Shown here piece by piece: positions 24,819 through 33,744 of a stretch of DNA of 46,350 nucleotides. This DNA is from a bacterium (GTDB lineage Bacteria > Patescibacteriota > Minisyncoccia > Phycocordibacterales > Phycocordibacteraceae). The translations under genes were made by a program, and so were the position numbers. The stretch lies in NCBI GenBank assembly GCA_023267755.1, contig JAHFMR010000005.1:1-46350 (forward strand), read 5' to 3'. Numbering within the stretch: the first letter of the stretch is position 1; the number at the start of each line of letters is the position of its first letter. The notes below the pieces were generated by a model. It worked only from the letters and a program-made list of their open reading frames with translations, was not told the DNA's origin and did not search any database.

Positions 24819-24944
24819 CTTTGCTCATTGGAGAGCGAGACACATCTTGAGAAGAGAGTCTCGCAGCGCGACGGCGCGAGAGGAGGCGATTTTCTAGCAA
24901 GAAAATACGCCGCTCTCTTCGAGAGATGTGTCGAGCGGCCCAGG

Positions 24945-27332
24945 TTAGACAATCTCGCAGGTACCGCCGGCGCACGCGAGCTCTCGCTTCATATCACTCT
25001 CATCCTGGCGCTCGTAGGCAGTGAGCTTGGAGTAATCAACCTTCGGGAAGCGTGACATCCGTGCCTCGTACTCTTCCTTTGTAATCGTCTCGTACGGTGC
25101 GAGGCGATACACGTGGTTGCTACGCGGGAGGAACGACAATCCGCCGATAATATTCCAATTCTTCTGTACCCAATCAACAACGCCAATCCACTCATCCTCG
25201 CTCACCGAGATGGTCGCTGACGGATTGTGCTCGGTGTAATTAAGCTTCACGGTCTTCCAGTATTCGAGCTGGTCGAGCGCGGTGAGATCGTCCTTGAACC
25301 GAGCTTCTTTTGAGTGATCAGGTGCCTTGACCGGGAACTCCAGCACAAAGGTGTTAGCCTCTTCCATCGACTGCCCCACTTCTGGGTAATACGGCACGCC
25401 CTGGTCGCGCATAAGCTTAAAGAGCGAGTCGGTGGCGCTGATGCGCACACGGCGGATATAGTACGGCGCATGACGCGGATGAATGCCCGACGCGCAGTTG
25501 AAGGTCTGAGAGACGGTGCCCGAGGGCTTTACCGCCGTAACCGCCATCGATTGCGCAACGCCGAAGCGCTTCGCGTAGGTCGCGTTCGTCTTGACGGCTG
25601 CATCACGAATCTTGCGCAAAACTTCTGGGCGGCGTGCAACCGGAGAGTCCCACTGACCGGTGACCGAGACACCCAGGAGACGCTCCACGGCGCAGTGATC
25701 GGTCCAATCCTTTGAGATATAGCCGAACTTCGTCAATGTCGATTGGTAGGTACCGAGGATACTCGCGAGACGCGCCTTGCGCACGAGCGATGCTTCGGTG
25801 TCTGAAGCGCGTGCGATAACCTCTGACAGGTTGCAGAACTGCTTCGACTGCAGAATAATCTCGGCGCACGGATTCGTGCCGATAGAGCCGCGCACGACGC
25901 CGTCTTCACCGATGAACCCGACCTTGCTGAAGTATTCCTTACGGCGCTTCGGGAAGGTCTCGGCGAGCGCACCGCGATTGAAGATACCGCGCTCTCCCGA
26001 GCCGCTCTTCATAAGCGCTACCCACTCGTCCATAAGCTCGGCATTGGTGGGCTGCATCTCGTAGACGGCCGAGTTGTTCGCCACCGAACGGTGCGGATCG
26101 GTCATATAGAACTGCCCCTTCTTAGCGTCGCGCATCTCCACGTCGTCGAGATCGGAGAGGGAAATCATCGCGGTGCGGCGCACGCCGCCGGCGACCACAC
26201 ACTCGCCAATCTTGCAGATGATATCGTGTGCATCGATTGCGCGTAGACGGCGGCCCTGTCGAGAGAGGATCTTCTCGCGGGCGAAAGCGAGCAGAGAGCT
26301 CAGCGGCTCAGGGCCAGAAGCCTTTCCACCCATCGTCTTCAATCGCGCGCCAGCCGGACGGATCTGCGAGAAGTCGAAGGTGACATCCTTCCCGGCATAC
26401 CACGTCTTCATCCCGAGCGTGAGCGCATCGCACCACCCTTCCTTTGAGTCCAAGATAACGTGCGTCGGGAGCTTCTGCTTAGTCTGCTTCATAATCTGTG
26501 GGAGCTGTTCGATATTCTGACTCTCCACTGCAAAGCCGACGCCGCATCCCTGCATTGAGAGATACATAATCTCAGCGAAGTCTTCGAGCTTGACCGGCGC
26601 GGTGAAGGTGCAGTTGTAGGCACAGGTGTTGCAGCGACGTGCCGGATCGCCCGCGAACTGCATCAAGCGCATCGAGGGCATCACTTCCTGTTTCAATATT
26701 CCCATACGCACCTCTGCGTACTCTTTTTCTGTGAGCTTGGTGCCCAAGTTCTCGCGCATAAAGTTAACATAGCGATCCACCGTCTCGATCCACGTCTCAC
26801 GACGACCCTCTTCTGGAATCCACTTTGCATAGGTGCGCAGATAGACGAACTCGCCGAGCGAATTCCCCTCAAAATATTTCTTACTCTCTTCTGCGAGCTT
26901 CCGTACGTGCTCAGGCACTTCGATATGCGCTGAACGCAGCTGTGCTCGCTTATCGCGATAGAGGATGTACGCCTTTGCCGTCTTCACATAGTCGTTCAAT
27001 ATAAGGTGCTTCTCGACCGAGTCCTGCATTCCCTCGACGGTCGGCATAAAGCCCTTATACTTCTTCGCGAAGCGTCCGAGCTCACTCGCCACTTGGTGGG
27101 CGACGAGCGTAGCATCGTCCTGACTCCCTTCTTCAGACATCATCATCGCCTTCCACACGGCGGCAACAATCTTGTCGAAGTCGAACGCGACCAGTCGTCC
27201 ATCGCGCTTCTCTATCTGTGGGATCATCTCGCGATAGCGTCGCGTCTCCTTGGAGACGGGTGTCTCCACCGCCTTTGACGCGGGGGCGACAAGTACCTTC
27301 GAGTGCACAGGGGTCTTCACGGTTTTCGACAT
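24945..27332 (-). CDS. nrdJ: class II (adenosylcobalamin-dependent) ribonucleotide reductase with N-terminal ATP-cone
   Basis: ATP-cone IEKRDGRLVAFDFDKIV, catalytic core TNPCAEI, and a C-terminal redox tail CAGGTCEIV. The ATG at 27332 is preferred over the GTG at 27365. Confidence 0.95.
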   Translation of the reverse strand: MSKTVKTPVHSKVLVAPASKAVETPVSKETRRYREMIPQIEKRDGRLVAFDFDKIVAAVWKAMMMSEEGSQDDATLVAHQVASELGRFAKKYKGFMPTVEGMQDSVEKHLILNDYVKTAKAYILYRDKRAQLRSAHIEVPEHVRKLAEESKKYFEGNSLGEFVYLRTYAKWIPEEGRRETWIETVDRYVNFMRENLGTKLTEKEYAEVRMGILKQEVMPSMRLMQFAGDPARRCNTCAYNCTFTAPVKLEDFAEIMYLSMQGCGVGFAVESQNIEQLPQIMKQTKQKLPTHVILDSKEGWCDALTLGMKTWYAGKDVTFDFSQIRPAGARLKTMGGKASGPEPLSSLLAFAREKILSRQGRRLRAIDAHDIICKIGECVVAGGVRRTAMISLSDLDDVEMRDAKKGQFYMTDPHRSVANNSAVYEMQPTNAELMDEWVALMKSGSGERGIFNRGALAETFPKRRKEYFSKVGFIGEDGVVRGSIGTNPCAEIILQSKQFCNLSEVIARASDTEASLVRKARLASILGTYQSTLTKFGYISKDWTDHCAVERLLGVSVTGQWDSPVARRPEVLRKIRDAAVKTNATYAKRFGVAQSMAVTAVKPSGTVSQTFNCASGIHPRHAPYYIRRVRISATDSLFKLMRDQGVPYYPEVGQSMEEANTFVLEFPVKAPDHSKEARFKDDLTALDQLEYWKTVKLNYTEHNPSATISVSEDEWIGVVDWVQKNWNIIGGLSFLPRSNHVYRLAPYETITKEEYEARMSRFPKVDYSKLTAYERQDESDMKRELACAGGTCEIV

Positions 27333-27399
27333 GCTGGTAATGACTAAATTGTATAAATAAAACACTCCTCTTTCTTATTGGTAAGTTTACTCCTCTCTA

Positions 27400-27423
27400 C
27401 AAAAAATGCGCTGTGGACAGCGT
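27400..27423 (-). terminator. short intrinsic terminator ending the long minus-strand gene string
   Basis: On the minus strand CGCTG-tcca-CAGCG is followed by a U6 run (plus-strand A run at 27401-27406), immediately after the DUF192 stop. Confidence 0.5.
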
Positions 27424-27890
27424 TATTGCGTAACGACTGGGAGATTTTTCAACAACAGTGGCGTACCGGTGGCGATAGAATGAGCGCGTGCGAAGCCCGC
27501 TGCAGTCTCTAGGACATATCGCGCTGGGGTACTTGGATAAAAGACATTTGGGTAGCTGGAGGTCGCGACATCCTGGGCGATATAGACCACGTGTCCTTGA
27601 GCGTCCAGCCAGAACATATCGAGCGGAACAAACGTATCCTTCATCCAGAAGCCATACTGGTCGTCTCTCGGAAAGACAAAAAGCATCCCGTAATCGCTCG
27701 GAATGCTCTCTCGCCCGCCAAGTCCACGCTCTCGTGCCTCTGGCATTGTCGCATAGTCTATCCTTAAGGACACGCCGCCGAAACTTGCAGCAGGATGTGA
27801 TGATGCTAAGAGCTCAAACCTCCAGAAAAGCCCACTCATCACCCCCACGACTGCGATACCAAGAAAACCGAGAATTTGATTCCTCGACAC
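27423..27890 (-). CDS. DUF192 domain protein with N-terminal membrane anchor
   Basis: 155 aa. GMLFVFPRDDQYGFWMKDTFVPLDMFWLDAQGHVVYI is typical of DUF192/COG1430. Confidence 0.8.
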   Translation of the reverse strand: MSRNQILGFLGIAVVGVMSGLFWRFELLASSHPAASFGGVSLRIDYATMPEARERGLGGRESIPSDYGMLFVFPRDDQYGFWMKDTFVPLDMFWLDAQGHVVYIAQDVATSSYPNVFYPSTPARYVLETAAGFARAHSIATGTPLLLKNLPVVTQ

Positions 27891-27895
27891 AGTTA

Positions 27896-28330
27896 TTATG
27901 CTTCCTTGATGTCTTTTACTTCTACGGTTACTTCCGGGATCCCTTCGCTACGAGTCGAAGCTTTGATGATTTCCTCTACTTTCTCCATCACTTGTTTCGG
28001 GCTGTATTCACTCTTCACCAGATACAGTACGGCTCCGAGACTGAGTCCTTTTTCTGCATCTTCTTGACCAGCGAGATTTGTAAGTAAAATGACCGGTATC
28101 TTCTTCAGATTTTCGTCCTCCTTAATCTTACGCAACACGTCAAAACCGCTCATTTTCGGCATCATAACGTCGAGGAGGATAAGAATCGGCTTTGGGTCCA
28201 TCTTCCCGAGCACCGCGAGTGCTTCTTCACCATCGCCGGCCATAGTAAGGTCGTGCCCGCCGAGACGGAATGCGCGCTCATACATACGGATCATCAAGGG
28301 ATCGTCTTCTGCAATAAAGAGTTTTGCCAT
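27896..28330 (-). CDS. stand-alone receiver-domain response regulator (no output domain)
   Basis: 144 aa. FIAEDDPLM, LILLDVMMPKMSGFDVL (phospho-Asp), PVILLTN. Confidence 0.9.
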   Translation of the reverse strand: MAKLFIAEDDPLMIRMYERAFRLGGHDLTMAGDGEEALAVLGKMDPKPILILLDVMMPKMSGFDVLRKIKEDENLKKIPVILLTNLAGQEDAEKGLSLGAVLYLVKSEYSPKQVMEKVEEIIKASTRSEGIPEVTVEVKDIKEA

Positions 28331-28383
28331 ACGATTTAGATTATACCATTAATTATACCCATGCGATTTATGTACTGAGTATA

Positions 28384-30693
28384 TCAGGACGCGATTGGCA
28401 CCGTAAAGACAAAGGTGCTCCCCTTGCCTAATTCGCTCTTCTCTAACCCTATCGTACCGCCCATGCTCGAGATTATAAGCCGTGAGATATACAGACCCAA
28501 CCCGGTGCTTTGGGTGACATCTCGCGCAAGCATCTGTTCTCCTGCTTGTTGGAATTTCCTGAAAAGGAGCGCCTGATTGTGTTCTGAGATGCCCGCTCCC
28601 GTATCAGTGACTCTCACTTGAATGAAATTCTCTGCTGCTGTAAGCGCAACAGTGATACTCCCCTCCTTGGTAAATTTCGCTGCATTCCCGATCAAATTGA
28701 CAAGAATCTGCTCGACCTTGTCCTTATCAGCATTCACCGCAGGCAACGGCGCAGTCGGTGGCACATAGACGAGCGCCAACCCTTTCTTGCTAATCATCTC
28801 TCTCAGATCCCGATCTACCTTAGCGACTACTTCGGCTATGTCGAATTTTTCCTTTTTAATCTCCACTCGTCCTTGCTCAAGGCGCGACGCTTCGAGGAAA
28901 TCATTAACGATGGAGATGAGTCGCACACTGGAGGTGCCGATATCTGTAAGCATTTCTTTCATATCTTTATCGACTATCTTATCCGCGTACATATCAAGAA
29001 TCATATCGGCATTGCCGCGAATAGCCGTTAGCGGCGTACGGAGTTCGTGAGAGGCTACTGCGAAGAATTCGTCGCGACTCCGCTCCATAACCTTCGCCTC
29101 GGTGATGTCTTCGACCAGGATTACGTACCCGATAGCCACTTCTGCAGACTGAGCCGTGTCATCCTTCGTAAGGATGGGGGTGCAGAAGACGCGAAGATAT
29201 TTCTTCCCATGAGAGATTTCCTTCAATTCAACCATCCTCTTGATTTCCAAACATTCCCGGCAGGAATGCGCCAGCGCATCCAGATTTGAGGTCACTCCCT
29301 TGAAGGAATCGACGATATCTGCTATGGAAGCGGGTTCTTCGGCCAATTCGAGTATGTTCAGAAGCGCCTCGTTCCTAACGAGAACCTTGTCATCGGTATC
29401 CGCGATAATGAACCCGAACGGCAGACTATTGATAGAAGCAAGGAGGCGCGCTTTCTCATTACTAAGCTCACGTGTCCTGATAACGACTATCTCTTCAACT
29501 TTCTTCTTCTCTCCCTCGATGTCTTCGAGAAGGTTGAGAATAGCTTTCTTCGAGCTCTCTACCTCGATAATCTGCTCCGATAACTGTGCTGTTTTTTCTT
29601 GTATCCTCTGTTCAAGCCCTGACCGAGCGTTTCGAAGATTTTCCGCCATTTCGTTAAATGCCTGTCCGAGAGTTCCTATCTCATCTTTCGTGTCAATATC
29701 GATCTTGGTATCTAAATTACCTTGACTGATGACCAGAGCGGCATTGGTTAATCTCCGTATCGGCCTCGAAATTGATCTTGTAATCAGCAACCCGCTTATT
29801 GTTACGAAAATCAAGATACCGAATCCGATTGGCAATGAGTTATACGCTATCGCGTATGCAGGCTTCATAGCTTCGTCATAATCGATACTCGCAATCAAAC
29901 AGACGCTATTTCTTGGTATCCATCTATGCAAGCCGATAACACTCGACCCCGCATAGCTCGTATCATGGAACCCATCGTGCTTTTTTAGACAATCGGTGAT
30001 GCCAGCTGAATAGACGTATTTCTGAAATTCTGTTCCTTCATTCTTTCTAAGTGTCGTAACCGCAAGGTTATATTTGTTGACGAGATACGTCTCTCCAGAG
30101 TCACCGAGACCAGCTCTTTCCGTCATCAAGTCTGAAATTGATTTCAAATTAATCCTCCCCGCAAGAATTGCGAATTCTTTACCGGATGCGTCGACAAACG
30201 GGGTTGCGAGCGTGGAAGATGGTTTGAGCGTAATCGAATCATAATAGAAATTTTCGAGATATGAATCCCCCTCTTTACTCTTATTGAAATAGTCCTCGCC
30301 AGACACGATATTGCCAACATGTGTAGTGTCCGTAGAGAAAAGTATCTTTCCCTGCAGGTCAATGATGAAAAGTTCGGTAAAATTACTCCCCGTCAAATGC
30401 TCCTGTAATATGTGATCGATAGAAATGTCCGACGTACTTTTAGTAGTAGAAAAGAGCTCTTTTGCGCTTGCGATAGACCAATCTTCCCTGGCGAGCCTCT
30501 GCAACTGACCGACGATGGAAGTGATGAAGGTGTTAAGCTGATCCTCTTTGATGACCACAACGCTCTCGAGCTGGGCCTTGACACGGTTCACTATGGCCTC
30601 TTTGGCAAAATGGTAACTAATCGACATATCGATCGCTACCGCGAACATAGCAATCAAAACTGTTATCAGTACTAATTTATGCCCTATCTTCAT
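28384..30693 (-). CDS. sensor histidine kinase: TM-dCache-TM-HAMP-coiled coil-PAS-HisKA-HATPase_c
   Basis: 769 aa. HAMP RPIRRLTNAALVISQGNLD...EIGTLGQAFNEMAENL, H-box FFAVASHELRTPLTAIRG, N box LVNLIGNAAKFT, G boxes DTGAGI and GLGLYISR. Confidence 0.95.
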   Translation of the reverse strand: MKIGHKLVLITVLIAMFAVAIDMSISYHFAKEAIVNRVKAQLESVVVIKEDQLNTFITSIVGQLQRLAREDWSIASAKELFSTTKSTSDISIDHILQEHLTGSNFTELFIIDLQGKILFSTDTTHVGNIVSGEDYFNKSKEGDSYLENFYYDSITLKPSSTLATPFVDASGKEFAILAGRINLKSISDLMTERAGLGDSGETYLVNKYNLAVTTLRKNEGTEFQKYVYSAGITDCLKKHDGFHDTSYAGSSVIGLHRWIPRNSVCLIASIDYDEAMKPAYAIAYNSLPIGFGILIFVTISGLLITRSISRPIRRLTNAALVISQGNLDTKIDIDTKDEIGTLGQAFNEMAENLRNARSGLEQRIQEKTAQLSEQIIEVESSKKAILNLLEDIEGEKKKVEEIVVIRTRELSNEKARLLASINSLPFGFIIADTDDKVLVRNEALLNILELAEEPASIADIVDSFKGVTSNLDALAHSCRECLEIKRMVELKEISHGKKYLRVFCTPILTKDDTAQSAEVAIGYVILVEDITEAKVMERSRDEFFAVASHELRTPLTAIRGNADMILDMYADKIVDKDMKEMLTDIGTSSVRLISIVNDFLEASRLEQGRVEIKKEKFDIAEVVAKVDRDLREMISKKGLALVYVPPTAPLPAVNADKDKVEQILVNLIGNAAKFTKEGSITVALTAAENFIQVRVTDTGAGISEHNQALLFRKFQQAGEQMLARDVTQSTGLGLYISRLIISSMGGTIGLEKSELGKGSTFVFTVPIAS

Positions 30694-31709
30694 TTATAGA
30701 TGGCGTTCAGAAATTCCATCGTGTACGCGCTACTCACATCGCTCTTATTCGTGATAATCTTCTGCTCAGAGAGCGTGTCTTGCACTTGTTCCCATTTTGT
30801 CTGTTCCATCCAACCGATGGAGGTATCTCCGGTATTAATAAGTGGGATAGAAGAGTGGAGCATATAGCTCTCGTGACTCTTGGTGCTCTTTAGTGCGTAA
30901 GCAAGTACGATGTCGACGGTTTCAGATTCGTTCTCAATCGCATATTTCCACCCTTCGATGGTTGCCTCGACGAATTTCTGAACCGTCGCCGGATTCTTTT
31001 GTATCGTATCTTCTCGTACAAACAACACATCAGCGTACATATTTGCGCCATAATTCGCCATCAGGATGGTATTCACCTCTTGTCCCGCCTCGACGACCAG
31101 TTGGGGCTCATTGATAACATACCCCGTTGAGACATCGGTAGTCCCATTTAGCAATTCCGTCGCGTCATATCCGATTGTTACCTCATTTATTTTTTTCTTA
31201 TCGATACCAAGCTTGTTTAACATAGTGGCGTAGAGGATGCCCACGTTGACCTCCGATCCGTCTGCTGCTCGTTCAATGCCAACCGTCTTGCCGATGAAAT
31301 CTTGCGGCTTCGTTATGTTATTCTTTTTGAGCGAGTAAGCGACGACAGGATTTATCTTATAGATAACCGCGACAGCCTTAATTGGTGCTCCTTTTGATCG
31401 AGCGATGATGAGTTCGTCAGCACCGGTGATGCCGAAATCTGCTTTACCATCCACCACGGCACTGATAGTGGGTTGTTCGAATGAGAACGGCTTGATATCT
31501 ACCGCGAGCCCCACTTTTTCATAGAACCCTTTATCCTTGGCGACATAATTCCCGGCAAATTGTGCCTGATGCAACCACTTCAAATTCAGCGTAACCGGGG
31601 TGAGAACAATCGAATTCTTGTCACTTGAGGACAGCCCTCCCCGCATATAGATGCCGCCGAGTGCGATGATACCGAGTGCGACCCCGATTGCTATTCTTTT
31701 TACGTTCAT
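30690..31709 (-). CDS. NMT1/THI5/SsuA-type periplasmic solute-binding protein, membrane/signal anchored
   Basis: 339 aa. LKWLHQAQFAGNYVAKDKGFYEKVGLAVDIKP...ADFGITGADELIIARSKGAPIKAV. ATGA overlaps at both ends. No permease or ATPase gene in the window. Confidence 0.85.
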   Translation of the reverse strand: MNVKRIAIGVALGIIALGGIYMRGGLSSSDKNSIVLTPVTLNLKWLHQAQFAGNYVAKDKGFYEKVGLAVDIKPFSFEQPTISAVVDGKADFGITGADELIIARSKGAPIKAVAVIYKINPVVAYSLKKNNITKPQDFIGKTVGIERAADGSEVNVGILYATMLNKLGIDKKKINEVTIGYDATELLNGTTDVSTGYVINEPQLVVEAGQEVNTILMANYGANMYADVLFVREDTIQKNPATVQKFVEATIEGWKYAIENESETVDIVLAYALKSTKSHESYMLHSSIPLINTGDTSIGWMEQTKWEQVQDTLSEQKIITNKSDVSSAYTMEFLNAIYK

Positions 31710-32233
31710 GGCGTATAACGTTGGTTGGTAAGCCTCCGGTTCTCTTCTTTTAATTCGATCATCTTCAGCTCCCGATCGATCATGAGCTGATTGAGTTTTT
31801 TAAGTTCCTTAATATTCTCATCTTTCTGTATCTCCGCCTCTTTTTCAGAAGTCACGTCTTTTGAAATGAAGAGGATGTATTTGAAATTCCCGTTCTTATC
31901 CTTAGCCGGAGCCAGACTACTATGGCACCAGTGCCCGGTTGATGTCCCCGGAACATGTTCCATATCAAATTCGCTCGATTCCCCTTCAAGAGCCTTCTTC
32001 ATACTTTCTTTTACCAGATCGTGATATTTCTCCTCAATGCAATCCATATATTTCCAGTGTTTGATTTCTTCATCGCTCTTATCAAGCAAGAAGTGTTCTT
32101 CGCGCGCACCCTTGTTCACTGAAACTAAATTGCCCTGCGCATCAAATAGCTTGATGCACAGCGGCGCGGTGTCAAGAAGCGTCTTGTAGAGATATTCGCT
32201 TCCTTCTTCTGCTGGTTCTTGGTTTTGGTTCAT
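31706..32233 (-). CDS. cytoplasmic PAS-domain protein with C-terminal coiled coil
   Basis: 175 aa. YKTLLDTAPLCIKLFDAQGNLVSVN...FISKDVTSEKEAE, then a heptad-like KELKKLNQLMIDRELKMIELKEE. Confidence 0.75.
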   Translation of the reverse strand: MNQNQEPAEEGSEYLYKTLLDTAPLCIKLFDAQGNLVSVNKGAREEHFLLDKSDEEIKHWKYMDCIEEKYHDLVKESMKKALEGESSEFDMEHVPGTSTGHWCHSSLAPAKDKNGNFKYILFISKDVTSEKEAEIQKDENIKELKKLNQLMIDRELKMIELKEENRRLTNQRYTP

Positions 32234-32234
32234 A

Positions 32235-33722
32235 TCATTCAGTCGTTAAACGCTTGGTAAAGCGGTAGATGGGATAGACCAGCACGAGCATGATAAGAAT
32301 GACGGTCATGAGGGTCAGCCGATTTGTCGCGTTCGAGATATCAAGAATATCCTGTTCGGGCTTCGCAGCCCCGATCATACCGACGATCTTGCCATCGCCG
32401 TTTGAAAGTGGTAGATAGCTCGCGAGGAACGGCTGCCCCGCTAGCGTCTCGTGCGCCGTCATCGAGCTCCCCGTGGTAAGTACCGCCCCCGCAACACTCT
32501 TATCTGTGAGCACCGATCCGGTTATGCGCGTACGACCGTCTGTGGCAAGCGCCGTTGCCGCAACAGCGACGTCTTTCTGATAGATGAACATTTCGAGTCC
32601 GGTGACGCGCTTGATATTGTCGACGAGCGGATTATCAAGCGGATACCCACCGATGACTGTCCCGACAATCTTCCCGCCCTCGAGGATTGGGGCGCCCGCT
32701 CGGATCGAGAACTTCTCGACCGGGCTCTCCTCGATAGTCACGAATGTGTTGCCGAGAATCGCCTCCTCGAACGCCCGCTCCTCTGCAAGCGAGTCCCCGC
32801 GCCGCGAGAGCGCGTGCGCGCGAACAAGTACATTTCCCTGCTTGTCGGTGATAATAAGGAACCCGAGATGATTAATCTCCATATACTGCTCTGCCAGTGT
32901 GCTGAGCGTGGTGAAATCATTCTTCGCGACAGCCTGCGCGAGGAGCGCATCGCGAGCTATCAATGCGACTTTTGCCGAGGATTGTTCCTTGAGTCCGGCG
33001 ATATCCAGATCGAGAACACGAGCATCGGTCAGCAGGTTCGCCTCGGTCTCCGACGTTATCTGATTGATGAGGATAGTGGAGAACGCGAGCGTGACAATCG
33101 TCGAGAGGAGCAGCGCCGCAGATATGAAAATGAGAATGAGGCTCTCGCGTATGCGCAGCTGCAGATATTGCCACACCCAACGAGCCAGCAGGATGAACGC
33201 GCCCATGTCAAACAGAAGCTCTGCAATAAACGCGACACTGGTCTGATTGCCGGCGAATATCCCGCAGAGGGTTCCCACGCCAAGCCCAGTGAACGCCCAG
33301 TAGAACGGCTCCCAGGTCTTATTGAATTCCTGCCGCGCGGTCCGATAGGCATAATAGGCGATCGCGAAGAGCAGAAGCGCCGCTGCCGTGCGCAACGATC
33401 CGTTCCACGCGGCAAACGTCGGCAACACGATAATCGCCGTTACTTGAAGCCGCTCTTGCCGCAAGAAACTTACAAGCACCAGGAGAAGCGCAATGAGGAA
33501 TATGCAGAAGCTTATATAGGACAAGACGTCGCTGCCACCGCTCATAGCGTAGAGAATCTGCCACAATGCGTACAAGCTGAATCCGATTGCGCGCGTGAAC
33601 GTCGCGCTGTCTCTCCGCACCAAGTAACTATCGAAGGCGAGCCACGCCGCCATCAAGAAAATAACCGCCCCCATGAGCTCTATCGCGAAGTGGAAATTAT
33701 TTATGAAGAACGAAAGGGACAT
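32235..33722 (-). CDS. multi-TM (about 7 N-terminal helices) protein with extracytoplasmic double-Cache-like domain and terminal TM; no transmitter domain
   Basis: 495 aa. Cache-like HLGFLIITDKQGNVLVRAH...IRAGAPILEGGKIVGTVIGGYPLD...FLASYLPLSNGDGKIVGMIGAAKP. The protein ends 12 aa after the last TM. Confidence 0.75.
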   Translation of the reverse strand: MSLSFFINNFHFAIELMGAVIFLMAAWLAFDSYLVRRDSATFTRAIGFSLYALWQILYAMSGGSDVLSYISFCIFLIALLLVLVSFLRQERLQVTAIIVLPTFAAWNGSLRTAAALLLFAIAYYAYRTARQEFNKTWEPFYWAFTGLGVGTLCGIFAGNQTSVAFIAELLFDMGAFILLARWVWQYLQLRIRESLILIFISAALLLSTIVTLAFSTILINQITSETEANLLTDARVLDLDIAGLKEQSSAKVALIARDALLAQAVAKNDFTTLSTLAEQYMEINHLGFLIITDKQGNVLVRAHALSRRGDSLAEERAFEEAILGNTFVTIEESPVEKFSIRAGAPILEGGKIVGTVIGGYPLDNPLVDNIKRVTGLEMFIYQKDVAVAATALATDGRTRITGSVLTDKSVAGAVLTTGSSMTAHETLAGQPFLASYLPLSNGDGKIVGMIGAAKPEQDILDISNATNRLTLMTVILIMLVLVYPIYRFTKRLTTE

Positions 33723-33744
33723 ACGCCTCTTAGTATATCACCGG

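Noticed and set aside
24945-27332. Intein or intron interruption of nrdJ (also considered for valS and lepA).
   Set aside because: Conserved blocks are contiguous, and the length of about 795 aa fits an ATP-cone plus class II core. No Cys/Ser...His-Asn splice-junction block or endonuclease motifs were seen.
27333-27422. Cobalamin riboswitch or NrdR box upstream of nrdJ.
   Set aside because: Only about 90 nt are available, part of which is the upstream terminator. That is too short for a B12 element, and no ACACTATATATAGTGT-like palindrome is present.
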